Source of the DNA: Lingula anatina
Taxonomy: Eukaryota > Animalia > Brachiopoda
Direction of reading: 5' to 3'
Length of the DNA: 64,000 bases
Assembly (NCBI GenBank): GCA_051362555.1
Contig: CM120648.1
Coordinates: 6,754,587 to 6,818,586, forward strand
Both the position numbers and the translations under genes were made by a program. Each line of letters starts with the position of its first letter. The stretch's first letter is position 1. The notes under the pieces are model-generated. The model ran no database searches, was not told the DNA's origin, and was given only the letters and a program-made list of their open reading frames with translations. This document shows positions 40,391-53,670 of this stretch, piece after piece.

Positions 40391-43300
40391 CAAAATGCAC
40401 ACAAATGTTCCAGACAAAGACACGCAAAAACAGATTTTGAACTGTGATCATTGCAATATTGTGATATAGACATTAAAAGACTGATTACTGAGCAAAAAAT
40501 TAAAGCAAATATGAAAATATGATAGAATAAATGAGGACATAAATATTTTTCAACATGAAGCAATTAGTCAGAGAAATATATGTTACTTATTATAACTAGC
40601 CCAAGTAACAGAACTGCTTATTACATTTTATTTACATTTTATTTTCTTGAAATTAACTCTTGTAAGTTGTAATTATTATTATTTTAAATATCCATCCTTG
40701 GAAATATGTAGGCCTATTGATTTATTTTAAAGGAACTCCATGGGTTAGGATTTGGTGAAATTCAAGATCACTTAATCATGAACTATAACTGATTGAAATT
40801 GTGTAATTTTGATAATTCTAATTTTGATTTTTATTTCCCCTATTCAAGTATCTTCATATAAGACAATAGGAGATTATGGTGAGCCAAATGGACTGTTTGC
40901 CACGCATCAAGAGGCTCAGGTCATCAACTAGACAGCAAGTGAACACCCAGGGTTACACGGAGAGAAGTGTTGTACAATAAAAAAAAATAACAAAACAGAC
41001 ATGGGTTTTATATGACTTGATATTTCCAGGAGGTTCTCTCGATTAAAAACTCTTTGCATAACTACAAAAACTTGTGTTAATGAGCTAAAACATTTGATCA
41101 TGTAAGAAAGTGACGGACAAAGATTGCTTGCAATTGGTGAATGTAAGGCAATATGATGGGGCCATTGTGAGCTGATGCAGAAGATCATGCTGAATAAGGT
41201 AATTCACAGGGAGAATATTGCATTCAAGTGCTTTTCTTAAGTTATTGAATGGCATATGTGAAAACTTTCACCAAAATAATGATAAAGATTAATCGATAAA
41301 TTAATGAGATGAAAACAGGGTACTGCATACCCAAAAGTGGTCTAAATGAGATAATTAAGTAATAATATTGTATCATGTCAGATCTTCGTATTTTTGTCTT
41401 TTTCTAGAACATATATTTATATCATTTTAGATACAAAAGCAGATAAGATTTTTAAAAATTGGATCAAGCAATGATTGTTTTTAGGGAAAGCTAGGGTGCT
41501 GATCAGTATGCAATATGCATGTATGCTTTTTTTTTCTTCTTAAAAGTCGCTTTTGAGTTCACTATTTTTCATGCATTCACTTTGTCCACATTCTCTCTCT
41601 CTTTCACACACACACACTCACACAATTTATTAAGGACCACTTTTTAGTATAGAATATCATATTTCATCTTACATATAATTTTTGTATTTAATCTTAATCA
41701 AATTATCTGCATATTGAAATTTTCAGTTGATTGTATTCTGTTTTAAATGCTCATCAGAATAATGAAATTATTTTTATTATAATATATTATGGTAAGCGAG
41801 TCTGTGTTGTTATTCAGGTTATGATCACATTATGAGCACTATTTTTACGAATAGCTTACAGATTTATATAGTTTTCATTAATGGGGACATAGAAAGCGCA
41901 CACATGACGTTTCGCTAACACAGTTCGTCATCTTTGGCGCGCCTTGCACCGACGACGCAACGTCACACGTGTGCGTCATAAACGCTGGACGTGAAGGTCG
42001 CGTCAACAGCGTAGCCAACAAAATGGAGGACTATGCCATAGTTCAGTTTTTACCCAATTGATATTTTTCGTTATTTTCTGCACTGTGCAAGAAGATGCTC
42101 CGACTGGTAGACTGTACCATATTCCTGTGTGTTCTGCTGTTGTTTGCTACTGTTAAGACAAATGGATTACACAAGGAAGAACTTGCAGGTCAGCCCAGAA
42201 ACGGTAGTATTCAGTAGACTTAGATCTATTTTAATGAAAATAATGACCAACGTAACGGTTAGCACTATCACAAAAGCCCGTTGTAATTTCTGATATCCAG
42301 CAAATCACCATGCTGTTCAATAAAGGGCTAAAAAGCTTAGTTTTACAACGGTATCCAGGAACCGAGATAAAATGGAAATTTTGTATCTGAAACTGGCCTT
42401 GTTAAAACGTATCTTAAACGTACAACTTACTCAGAAAAAAGTCCATTGTAACAAATGAACACGAAGAAATTAACAAGTAAATATAACATGAAAATAGTTG
42501 TTTTTTTTCGAAAATTCGGTTATGGTATTTTATTTAAGTTGTAGTAAAGTGAAAATCTTACAAATATATGTATAGCATGTTGAATGAAAAGTTTGTAAGT
42601 GAATTCAAATTTTGTTTGTACAGGAGTCAAAAACGATTTTTCGGCAAAATCGAGACGTCATGCCAAATTAGACACGGAAGTAGAATCACTTCCCTCTGCC
42701 AGGTACGCTAGAAATTATGAGGCAGATAACACAAACGTGAGAACTCACAAAAGAAGTGTGGAAGACAAAACACCTCCAAAAATGCACGTCAAAGTGAAAC
42801 TTACGAACGTCACCGTTCGAGGACTTAAAACATCGGACGTAAAAAAACTTTCTAAAGTAGGAAAGGTCAAAATCAAGCATCTTGATATTGGATTGCCGTC
42901 GAAAGACAAGAAACTTGCCGACGCACTCAGGCGGGCAATGTCCGTCAACGTTTTGAAAGATGGAAGCATTCGTACAAGGCAATACAAGTTAAATGCAAAA
43001 ACAAATGGCTCAAAAATGGATATTTCCCCCACTATATACCCAGAGAAGGACGTGATCTCAGAGGACAAAAGATTGCTCACTTTTTGGAAGGAAAAGTTCA
43101 CCCCGTGGCTGTTAAAAAGTCTTAAATCTGGCAACAAACACCCGCCTTCTTATAAATCTGCCAAAGAGCACAAAATGCACGTTGCTTTCCTAAAAACGCT
43201 CATTGCGCATTTGAAGAAGAAACACAACAAAAAGCAATCTTCAAGCTATTTACACAAAGTCAAAAACAAAACAGAGATTATTAATAATTTGAATACAACT

Positions 43301-46300
43301 GTTTCAAACCGGTCATACTATCAAAATGCCACTACTAGCAGTGGATCAAGAAAGGTAAAAAATAACGCTGCCAAAGTAAACGGCTCAAAGGTTCCACATG
43401 ATGTCGTTAAGATAACCCCAACTGCTAGCGCCACGACTCCCAATGTCACCAGTAGTAATGCATCAAGGAAGGTCAAAAATAAATATAAAGTTCCATATAA
43501 TGCCGTTGAAATTATCCCAACCCGCGCTCCAAAGCAAAAGAAAGGCAGCATACCGTACGAACGAGTGGAAATCATCCCCACCAGAAGACCGAAGAAAAAC
43601 AACACGGTCCCGCTTGAAGCTGTGGAAATTATCCCTACCAAAGCCCCATTTCGTAAGAAAACCATCGTACCTTACAAAAAGGTGGAGATAATACCTACAA
43701 CCATCCCCACCAAAAGACCGAAGAAAAACAACACGGTCCCGCTTGAAGCTGTGGAAATTATCCCGTCCAAAGCCCCATTTCGTAAGAAAACCACCGTACC
43801 TTACAACAAGGTGGAGATAATACCTACAACCATCCCCACCAAAAGACCGAAGAAAAACAACACGGCCCCGCTTGAAGCTGTGGAAATTATCCCTACCAAA
43901 GCTCCATTTCGCAAGAAGGTGGAGATAAAGGTGGAGATAATACCAACGCAAGGGAAAAAGAAATCAAAGAAACTGCATGCTGTTATCAAAGCAAAGAAAA
44001 CAAAGCAAATGCAAAGAAAACTTGAAAAAGGTAAAGAGAACAGCCTTGTGTACAAGAAAGTACAAAAGTCAGAGCCAGAAGGCAAGCCGACCATGAAACA
44101 TACAGGAACAAGCTTCAGGAAAACAGTCGTGCAGTCCACCGCCAGCCAAAACGCTCGAAACATAGACCAAAATGAGAAATACATGGCCCAGGCCTACAAC
44201 GATACCAGTGGGCCCTTTTATCTGGCCAGTCTAAGAAAAGAGACAAGCCCTCAACAGACTCCCGCCGCCCTTAAGCCCGCCGCCCTTAAGCCCGCTACGA
44301 GGTTGTGTGATAAGGGGAAAACGTTTTACGTGTCCACCTGGACTGAGTGGTCAGCGTGGGGTCACTGCTCGGTGACTTGTGGCCAGACGGGACACTTGAC
44401 CAGATACCGATCGTGTGTCCGAGTTGAAGGCCAACCGTGTCCGGGCGGAAAATGGCGAGAGATGAAAGCGTGTGTCAAGTTACAGAGCTGCCCAGGTAAT
44501 GGTATAATTGAAAATGTACGGTTTATATATGAATATAAGGATAATAAAAATAATAAAGGGAAAAAAATATCTAAAATAAACATCCAATAGTGATTCAAAT
44601 TAGAACCCCTAGCTTTCCCTAGGTTTTTCAACGAAATCAGCGCTCAAAGAGGTCTGGGACACCTCGATATTATCCAGAAGTTGTATAAACATCATCGATA
44701 GATTCACAGTCTAAGTTAAAGTGTCAGTTCCAAGATGAGTCTATAAGATGTATTTAGAATTCAAAAAATTAAAAAAAAGCATTTTAGGCGCACTCATTTT
44801 GGTCTGTAACACAATTTTAATGAAATGTGAATATAAAAGGTTTTGCACTTATTTGATTTTTTTATTCTATGGCAATGATTGAAATAATAATGATTATTAT
44901 ATAAAATGCTGTTCGTTTTGAAATAGATTTTTTCGGCTGGTCGCAGTGGCTACCATGGACAGAATGCTCAGCGACTTGTGGCATGGGTTTCCGAAGCAGG
45001 TCCAGAACATGTATTATCACTTCGGGTCTGGTCATGTGTCCCGGAAACGGAAATGAAGTTGTTCGATGTGTGAGTAGAAGATGCCCCAAACCACACCGAG
45101 TTAAAGGTATGATATGCATTTAGTTGCATTTAATTTTTTTTATAATGGAAAGTGTGACTAATGTTTCCATCATTTATTTCATCAGGTATTATTTTTTGTA
45201 CATTAATTTATTTTGCATATCTTTTCAATTTTTCACTTTCCAATTCACTTGCGTCGTTAATAAAAGACTTGGAAAAAAGGCTACTATCATTTTGATCAAG
45301 TTCGCACTGGCAAAGGTCACAGAAGTTATCTGAAATGTCTTTTATGTATAGCGCATGATCGAACTGAGATCAATTTAAACGTGAATTAAACAACACTTAA
45401 TCGCACGTTATTTTGAAGACAGCTGTAATTAGTTAAGCGTAGAATACACCAATCCACATCACAAACAAACTTTTGTCATTTTTAGCAATCCCCCAAATGA
45501 AACGCATCCATATGACCACGGCTATACAGAATAGGGACCAAGGCCGTCCACCGGTCACTGCAGCCGTCCATTCTCGGTGGTCGGAGTGGAGTCGCTGGTC
45601 ATCATGCACCGTCACTTGCGGCGAGGGGGTTGAGATGAGAAAGCGAGTGTGTCAGAGAGAGGATGGGACCAGTGGCGGCCATTGCGACGGCGGCCATCTT
45701 CAGGAAAGACCCTGTATCAATAATGCGTGTAACACAGGTAATTATGTGGCAAATGGCGCTAAGTTTGATGGCTGGGTGGCTGTCACCGTGCGGGAAAGAG
45801 TAAAATAAAATAAAGACATCAAAACATGAAAAAAAAAGAAAGAAAGAAATCATCATTTACTTTATCACTGCACCCATATTATAAAAATCTAGATAACAGT
45901 TTATGACACGCGGAATTTCAAGATATTATCAATTAGGAAAATAAATAAATAAATAAAGCAAACATGAAGTTATCATGGTCTATAGAATAAAATTAAAATA
46001 ATGGGCAAACTGAAGTTTCATGAAATAGATCTTTCACTGCGAAGATATCTGTGCCACTCTAATCCTGCTAATTTTTATTCATTTATTATTTATTTATAAT
46101 TATTATAATTTATCTTTTTTGTAGCCAACATCGCCCGGCCGATCACTGGAAACGAAGGATCTAAAGTCATACTACGGTGTCTTTATGACCTAACAGCGAC
46201 ACCTACCGAGATCTACTGGATCACGCCTAACGGAGACCGGATTACCAAAGGCAGTACTGACCCAAGGTAGTGTCACTGATTAATGATTTTTTTTCACAAC

Positions 46301-46372
46301 ATTGTCTTTGTTTTTGTCTAATAGCATGTTATTGGTAGGGCTAAAAGTTCAATGTGTGAAATTGAGGTATTT

Positions 46373-46418
<46 letters not shown>

Positions 46419-48635
46419 CCTTGGACTAAAATTGCTTTAGATATGGATAACGTCATCAGACAAAAGACTTTTTACCTGTGATTCTAGAGTTTCAAGACAA
46501 GCAGGAAGTACAAAACTTATGTAAAAAGTATTTGTTTTCCGTCCCAATATATCTAATAACCGGGTTTTAAATTCGTAATATCAATATAAATATAGTTTAA
46601 GACCATTATTCCAAACCTAGATTATTCTGTGACATGGAACTGGTTTCTTATTTTAAGTTCATTTAATTCTGGATTAAAGAATCACAAAGTTCAGTGGTTT
46701 CATCTCGTCCTAGATACAAGATGGAAGGCAGACGACTCATAATAAACCACGTCGGCTCCTACGCAGCTGGAACCTACCACTGCGTCGTAAAGCAAGCCGA
46801 CAAGAGAAAGATGACTGCAGACGCTCTCCTAGGTAAAGACGCTTCGTTTGAAGATATTCTTTCAGCAAAGAGCATTTTAAAGAGTTTTGCGGTCGTACTT
46901 GCTGATACACAATTTTAAAAAGAGACAGAGCTTACCAATAAATAACTGGTCACACTGACGTTATGAATCATGGCACTCATATATTGTGCTTATTACTTAC
47001 TTAACTTTCATTTAGACATTTTTCTTTGTGTCCTTCTTTTAAATCTTCAAGATATTTTATATTTCATGTCCAGCCGTTATAGACTGTGCCAGTGACCCGT
47101 GTATGAACCAGGGGAAGTGTGTAGAGTGGGAGGAGGGGCACTCGACCTCCAAATATTTCAAGTTTTACTGCCAGTGTCCGTCTGGCTACGGCGGTACTCT
47201 TTGTGAGCGAGGTACTGTATAACTTCAATAAAAAACTGATCACAATTTTACGAAGTAATGCAAGGCTTTATAAAAGGACAGTTTCATCATTTTTGTTTAT
47301 GTAATAGTTATACATAAATAAACAGACATTTGCACTTTTTCTTTCAGCAGAAGATGAGGAATTCGTATATATTTTGCTTGGATCGGTGGTATTGTTTGCA
47401 ATCCTGGTTGTTGGCGTTTTTATAGCTTTTTTTACCATTAGAAAAAGGTAAAACATTTTTCTCTTGAATTATACATTTATATTTTGTAAACAAAGATTTC
47501 TTGCTCTTAAATTTGACTTAGTATGAAAACCTTTAGGTGTGATCATGAGAGGTATTTTAGATAAAAAATTCTTTATCAAGCAGGATGAAATAAAAAGATC
47601 TCTTAACCCCGCGTGTGAAATATCTTCAATTTAATCAAGTGCATCTAGCCGTTTTATTGCCTGGACATAAATACAGCGTTTTAAATTCGGGTTTGCAGAT
47701 CGCAGAAAAAGAAACTGGAGAAGGAGCAGTGCCATGTTTTCCGCCATCAAGGTCGCCCGGGCCCGGATGTCTATAGCCCGTGTGAGGAAAACACCTACGA
47801 CAGAAGGGCACGTTTAGGTAATGAATATTAAGCATGTACACAATCGAGCACGCGAGAGAATGACAGACACAGAATCGCGCGTGTGCGTACGTGTACGCAC
47901 GCAGACACTGCTTGGTGGGCATCTTGCCCTAAGTTGATATACTACGCCTACTATATATGTTACAAATGAACGTACGAAAATGTGTTAAGAAACAAAACAT
48001 TTTTAACACGATGTTTTTTTTTTTATCAGTCAACCTTCAAATTTCAGCCAGGAAAACTAAAAGAACTAAAAGAAGAACATTTCCAGATCCCAGGAAGAAA
48101 GTGTCGTGGGTGGAAAAGGAGCGAGGTATTGTCAACCCTGTTTACGAGGAAACTTTAGACGACGGCGGCCTCGACTACGTGTACGAGCCTCCTGTCCCCA
48201 CGAAGCGAGTAATGTCTCCGATCTCTAGTGACAGCTCCTGGGTGAAAATAGATGGCGCTGAGATCGATGGCCAAGATTTTAGAGAAGACGGGCAGGGTCA
48301 TCTTGTTGAAATTGAACCCTATGGCGAGTATATGAGTATTTTTACGATCGTTTTTTAAGAACAACCATGCAAATTTAATTTTGTATTTGTTTGTTTTTCT
48401 GTCTCTGTATTTATTTACTACTTTATCTACCTGTGCTATAGTCTTAGTGCATGTTATCATTTGCAATAACACGCTCATTGTTAGCACGTATACAGTGCAT
48501 TTGCTGGAGTTAAATATTTTGATTTTGATTTTATTTATTTAACTAATAATTTATTTACATATAATAGTTAAATACTTTTCTGAAATGTATTATTTAATAA
48601 TAGGAACATAGACAATGAAATAACCTTTATTATTA

Positions 48636-48672
<37 letters not shown>

Positions 48673-49656
48673 CAGGTGAGGAAGGAGAAGTCCGCGGTGA
48701 CGAAGATATCGTACCGCCGGACACGGCACACCGAGTTGAAGAGGTGGGTCAAGAAGACAAAGAATGGTTTGGAACGTCGCTGGAACATATCGCCGAAGTC
48801 AACCAGGCCGTCGTTGACATTGACGCTGTCCGGAAGTCTCCCAAGCTAAAGATGCCCAAAAGGCTGAATGTCAAAAAGTTGAAAAAACTACGGAAGTCTT
48901 CCAAGAGAGATAAGGCAAGGTCCTCAACGGAAAGTGTCGATGTTGAGTCCGATTCAGCAGCCGAGAAACAAGCAGAGCAGCCAGTTAAGGCAGTTGATGA
49001 ACCAAGTGTTTCCAGTGACGATGCAAGCACACGCAAAACCAAAGAGGAGGCTGCTCATAATCCGCCCTCTCAAGATGCAAAGCCGCAACCCGTCATGTTT
49101 AATGTTCTTGGCATGCCAGTTAGGCCTTCGCCAGTCCGGGTAGCCAAAGTCGATGTCAATTTTTCTCCAGGAAGAAACCTCCTGGAAACTTCGGCTGTGC
49201 AGACGTCTTTTTCGTATTTAGATCTCGAGAGCGACGTGAGTTTTGATCAACGAACCGATCATTCTGACGCTGAGAGCGCCCAACAACAACAACAACAACA
49301 ACAACAACAGACGAAGCGCGACATCTTCCCACCATGGATCTCAAACGAAATCCCTAATGACGTCGTTGAGAGCGGTCGAGTGATAAAAACCCCATATGCT
49401 GGGCAGGCAGCAAGTGTAGCTGAACAAGAAGGAACTGGTTCTCCAGCGGACGAGCACAGGCCTTTCATGAGAGACACTCGTGGCATTCAGACCTCGTTGT
49501 CGTACATCGACCCTGATGGTAGCACCAATGCCAGTGAGGATAACAGTGTCCAAGAGGAAGAGGCAGGGGTCACTAGGGGCACTACCGACAACGGTGACCT
49601 GTATCACACCCCCGCTGAGTCCCCAGATACAAGTGGCGGTAGCCCCGCACAGGGAA
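40390..49656 (+). repeat. Tandem segmental duplication, copy B
   Basis: Homology to copy A ends at agccccgcacagggaa (49641-49656), after which copy B continues in unique coding sequence. Confidence 0.95.
40849..40931 (+). pseudogene. Orphan duplicate of SLC35F6 terminal coding exon
   Basis: 83 nt identical to 31299-31381 with intact acceptor (ttatttcccctattcaag); the upstream SLC35F6 exons were not duplicated. Confidence 0.8.
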
Positions 49657-50522
49657 CAGGAGGGGTCCAAATATACACGCGATCAACGTACCTGAGCTTC
49701 CTGCAACCTCAGTCGCCGTTTGGCCCCAAAATTAGGTCGGTCTCCCCTCAGCCGTATCTCGAGAGTTTTGTTCAGGAAAAGTCCGGACAGTCGCCTGCGT
49801 GTCCAACTCTTTCCCCCAGAGCGCGCGAAGTTCTTCATCCGTCAGAACAAGCACTTGCTCCGCGACAGCCGTACATGAGCAACTTTACCACAGTTCCTAC
49901 GAAGAATACTGCGAACATGCCACAGGAAAGTTCAGGGTCGGAGGAAATTGCTAAACACGAACCGAAAGAACATACACAGGTTGCATCACCTACAAAACAC
50001 AGATGTTTGATAAATCACCACGATGTCAGCGATATAAGAACCCCTATTTCATGTAAACTATGCTCACCAAGAAGCCTCCAACTGGAACAGATAGACTCGG
50101 GCGCAACCGAGCAACAAAGTATTGTCACGCCTCACTCCACAATGTCGCCAGAAACACCTACAGTGACATCCTCAAAGAAAACAGATGAAATACTTATGGA
50201 GAGAGGAAAGCAGCATTTTGAATCGTCACAGCGAAATAATGACAGTGATAGAACTAGCCCAGAATCCGTAGCCGACTCGTATGAACAGCCTGAGACCACT
50301 ACCACCAAGGCACCCAGACAGAAGCTGTTTTCCGACGATAAGCCTCAACCGCAGCCTGTGCAGAGGCAGGTGCCGCCCTTACGTCTGCAGGATTCTTCGG
50401 AGGAAGATTTTGACAACGAGGTCGAAGCATATTTATCCCAAATCAGCATCAGTCACCAAGCCCTGGCTGAAAACGAGGCTAATTCACGGCGCGAAAGGAC
50501 CAAAAATGCAGATGACAGTTGA
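42095..50522 (+). CDS. TSP1x3-Ig-EGF single-pass membrane protein, copy B (full length), ~1717 aa
   Basis: Exons 42095-42203 (alternative donor 42188), 42624-44495, 44927-45106, 45486-45737, 46125-46266, 46714-46832, 47074-47211, 47348-47447, 47699-47817, 48048-48323, 48676-50522; 5154 nt in frame. Same domains as copy A, plus NPVY and the complete low-complexity cytoplasmic tail. Confidence 0.85.
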
Positions 50523-51141
50523 GCAGTTTCCGCACACACTGTAGACTTTACAGCATAAAACATTGGGTATCATGAAAATTAAACCCCTTTTGAAATATGG
50601 ACTTCACTCCACGGCGAAATTGAGCTCATTTTATTTTATTTTTTTAATATGTACTTAGAAATACCGGTACAATGTACAAAGAAACGCGAGCGTGTTAGTT
50701 AAAGAATTTATTTGAAAAGACATATTTTATAACATATGAAATGTTTGAATCATTTTATTGGGTTGAGATGTGATGTTCTTAAAAGTTTGCATATGTCGAT
50801 TGTAAAAAAGGCCTCCATGAGAGAACTGAGTTCCAGAAAAATATATGTACATATTTTTTCAAACAGATGGCTAACAAACCAGAATTTTCCCCAGTGTACA
50901 ATAAGATTTTTATGATAATAAATTGTAATTTTGATAAAACCTACGTTTTCACTTTTTTTTTTTTTCGTGTTGATCGATTACTTCCATGTAAATGATAAAA
51001 CCATTTTTACCAATGATTTAATTGAATTTGACATAAGCAAAACATAAGCATAATAGAAATTAAAAAAAAACTCGGTTACATACTTGGAGATTAGCAAAAG
51101 GAAAAAAAGCTTTGAAAGTTGTGGACAAATAGAGACCACCC

Positions 51142-51630
51142 AGTTTCATCAATACTGGATCGCGCTGTCCTATGGATAACACTATCCTTTGGATAAAACT
51201 GTTGTCCTGTGGACAGTTAACCTGAGGTCTGCAGCCTTTTTAACCAATGGAGAGCACTATCAGAGACAAAAATAAGTACACACACTGGACAACAGAAGTG
51301 TCACCCCTACTGAACCGATACTTTGGGGGAGATAAACGACTGTGGGATGATATGCTCCTGGTATCATAAATTTTGTCAAATTTCACAAAAGAAACGGTTC
51401 TGACTGAACAATTCAACTGCATCGATATTCTGACATTGCTTATATTCCGCCTCTTCAGGTTAATAACTTTGATTACTCTGATTCAGGGGGTGACCCTTCT
51501 GTTGTCTAGTGTGTGTTTATAGAGTTTAGTAAACATTACTCTACCCACAGGACAATTGCCCGGAGAATAACAATTTTATGTAGTGGATAGTGTTATCCAG
51601 AGGATAGCGCTATCCAGTGTTGAAGAAACT
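51142..51630. mobile_element. ~490-bp MITE with long imperfect TIRs
   Basis: Left agtttcatcaatactggatcgcgctgtcctatggataacactatcc versus reverse complement of right agtttcttcaacactggatagcgctatcctctggataacactatcc (46 bp), with weaker pairing further in. TSD not resolved. Confidence 0.8.
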
Positions 51631-52171
51631 ACCAGGAGAGTGCTCAATAATTCAAAATTATAAAAACCAGTTCATCAGCTAAAACAGCTACCGATCTCAA
51701 ATAATCCGATATTTTAAGGTCACTGGAGACACTCAGAAACCAAAGTGCGTAATATTCAGTAAGTAATTTAATTTACAGATTAATGAAATGCACACAGGAA
51801 GTTGACATGAGGCCATAATATACGCTTCGACCCCGTTTAATTTTACATTAAAATCCGAACACTAAATACTGACGATTGTATCATACAAAAAATTAAATAA
51901 TAATACATGTTCATAAATTAATACCATAACTCCTTTATTTCTACATAAACGTGTGTTGACACACATACACAGACAACGCACACACTGATGCGTGCATAAG
52001 GCATATTTTAAAATAGCAAACGCCACTTGCTTTTCTAAAAAGAAAATTGATTGTTAGCAGGTAACATGAGGTAATATAACATTTTGAGGTCGTGATTGAG
52101 TGCGACCACGCTTCAAAAAGGGTGATATACGGTAACATATACAAGATCAAATCAGCGGTTTCGGGTCACTG

Positions 52172-52179
52172 TGACGTCA
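52172..52179. promoter_or_regulatory. Palindromic CRE (TGACGTCA) upstream of the four-TM gene
   Basis: gtgacgtcac ~350 bp upstream of ATG 52526. Motif match only. Confidence 0.3.
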
Positions 52180-52525
52180 CATATTTGTTGATCTTGGCTT
52201 ACAGGGTACCAACAATGTTCACTTACGCGCAGTGCTAGAAATTACTTAACTAACATACGTTGACTTAATGCATGTTGACGATTAATTGTTTCATTTGAGA
52301 ACAACTTTCAGTTAAAGTATTGCCTTTCTATTTGCGGTCAAAAAATTATTATCGCCTTACGGGAATAATTTTGTGAGTTGACCATTTAAAGAATGTCAAA
52401 ATAGACTTCGATGCTACTTCTTTTGGATCACCCTATATCAACGTTTCAATTTCCTATAAAGACGGGGAACTGATGACTACCACTATTACAGGTTATTTTG
52501 GAATAACTGAAATGAGCGGTTCACT

Positions 52526-52679
52526 ATGAGAGAAGTGAAGAACTGCCTGGGTTGTCTGTCTTTCAAAGAGGGAGTCGTCCTTAGCGCTACGTATACTTTG
52601 GTAAGGCCTTAAAGTGTGATTTTATTTCTTCTGATTTCTATGTATATATAGGCCACCGTATACTGATGCCTGTTTTTCT

Positions 52680-52734
<55 letters not shown>

Positions 52735-52876
52735 TGAATGGTGGTCATGAGAATATGCTCATTGAATCAGTCAATTTAGAGGATTTTTTTTAAACATTTC
52801 TTGTTTTGTGCGGATGTTTCCTTTTGTCTTTTTTTTTTTTACCCTATAGGCCCTCGTCATTATGAATCTCTCTCTC

Positions 52877-52914
<38 letters not shown>

Positions 52915-53613
52915 ATAACCTTGCATCCTGAAATATTTTATCAAAATAATGTATTTTCATTCCAATGAAGTCAACATATTCATTATTTATCTTTCTCAGC
53001 ATGTTTTATTTTATTTCAGTTTTTATGCTCTATGTTGTTTTAATCGAAATAAGCAAGCAATATCTCGCCCTCGCAACTGAGAGTAGGTACTGGGTACGTG
53101 TGCGCTGATTATCACCACCAGAACATTTAACTCGAGTTGTATTTCTCTAAATAACATCCGCACCTTTCAGTTCAGGACACGGCTTTTTAAGGTCACGGAG
53201 GTCACGAAGGCCTCAGTACGCTGTCTAAGAGTCAGCTAAGAGTTGTCGGTTTATTTAAACAAAGAATTGTATAAACGAGAAACTCGTGTCTAAAGCCGGT
53301 TAACCTGTCGGCTGTTAGGTGACATTTCGATCTGCATTAAATAGGGTGAACAATCATTTGAAAGTGCTATCACTATTTGTTTCATCAGTTTATTCAAAGA
53401 TGTTAATACTTAAAGATGTTAATACTTAAAGATGCATTTGAAGGCAATTTTGCCACTATATAGTTTCAAATAGCAAAAATTCAAAAAATACCCCCCCCCA
53501 AAAAAACGTCGTTTCATATTGCCCAAAAATGATATATATTCTGCATTTTTCTTTTAGTTCATTACTATCAAAATATATTAATTTTTGATCAACCAAAATT
53601 CAATCCTGCAGCT

Positions 53614-53670
<57 letters not shown>

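Noticed and set aside
53396-53434. 16-bp tandem duplication aaagatgttaatactt
   Set aside because: Ordinary local slippage duplication with no further structure.
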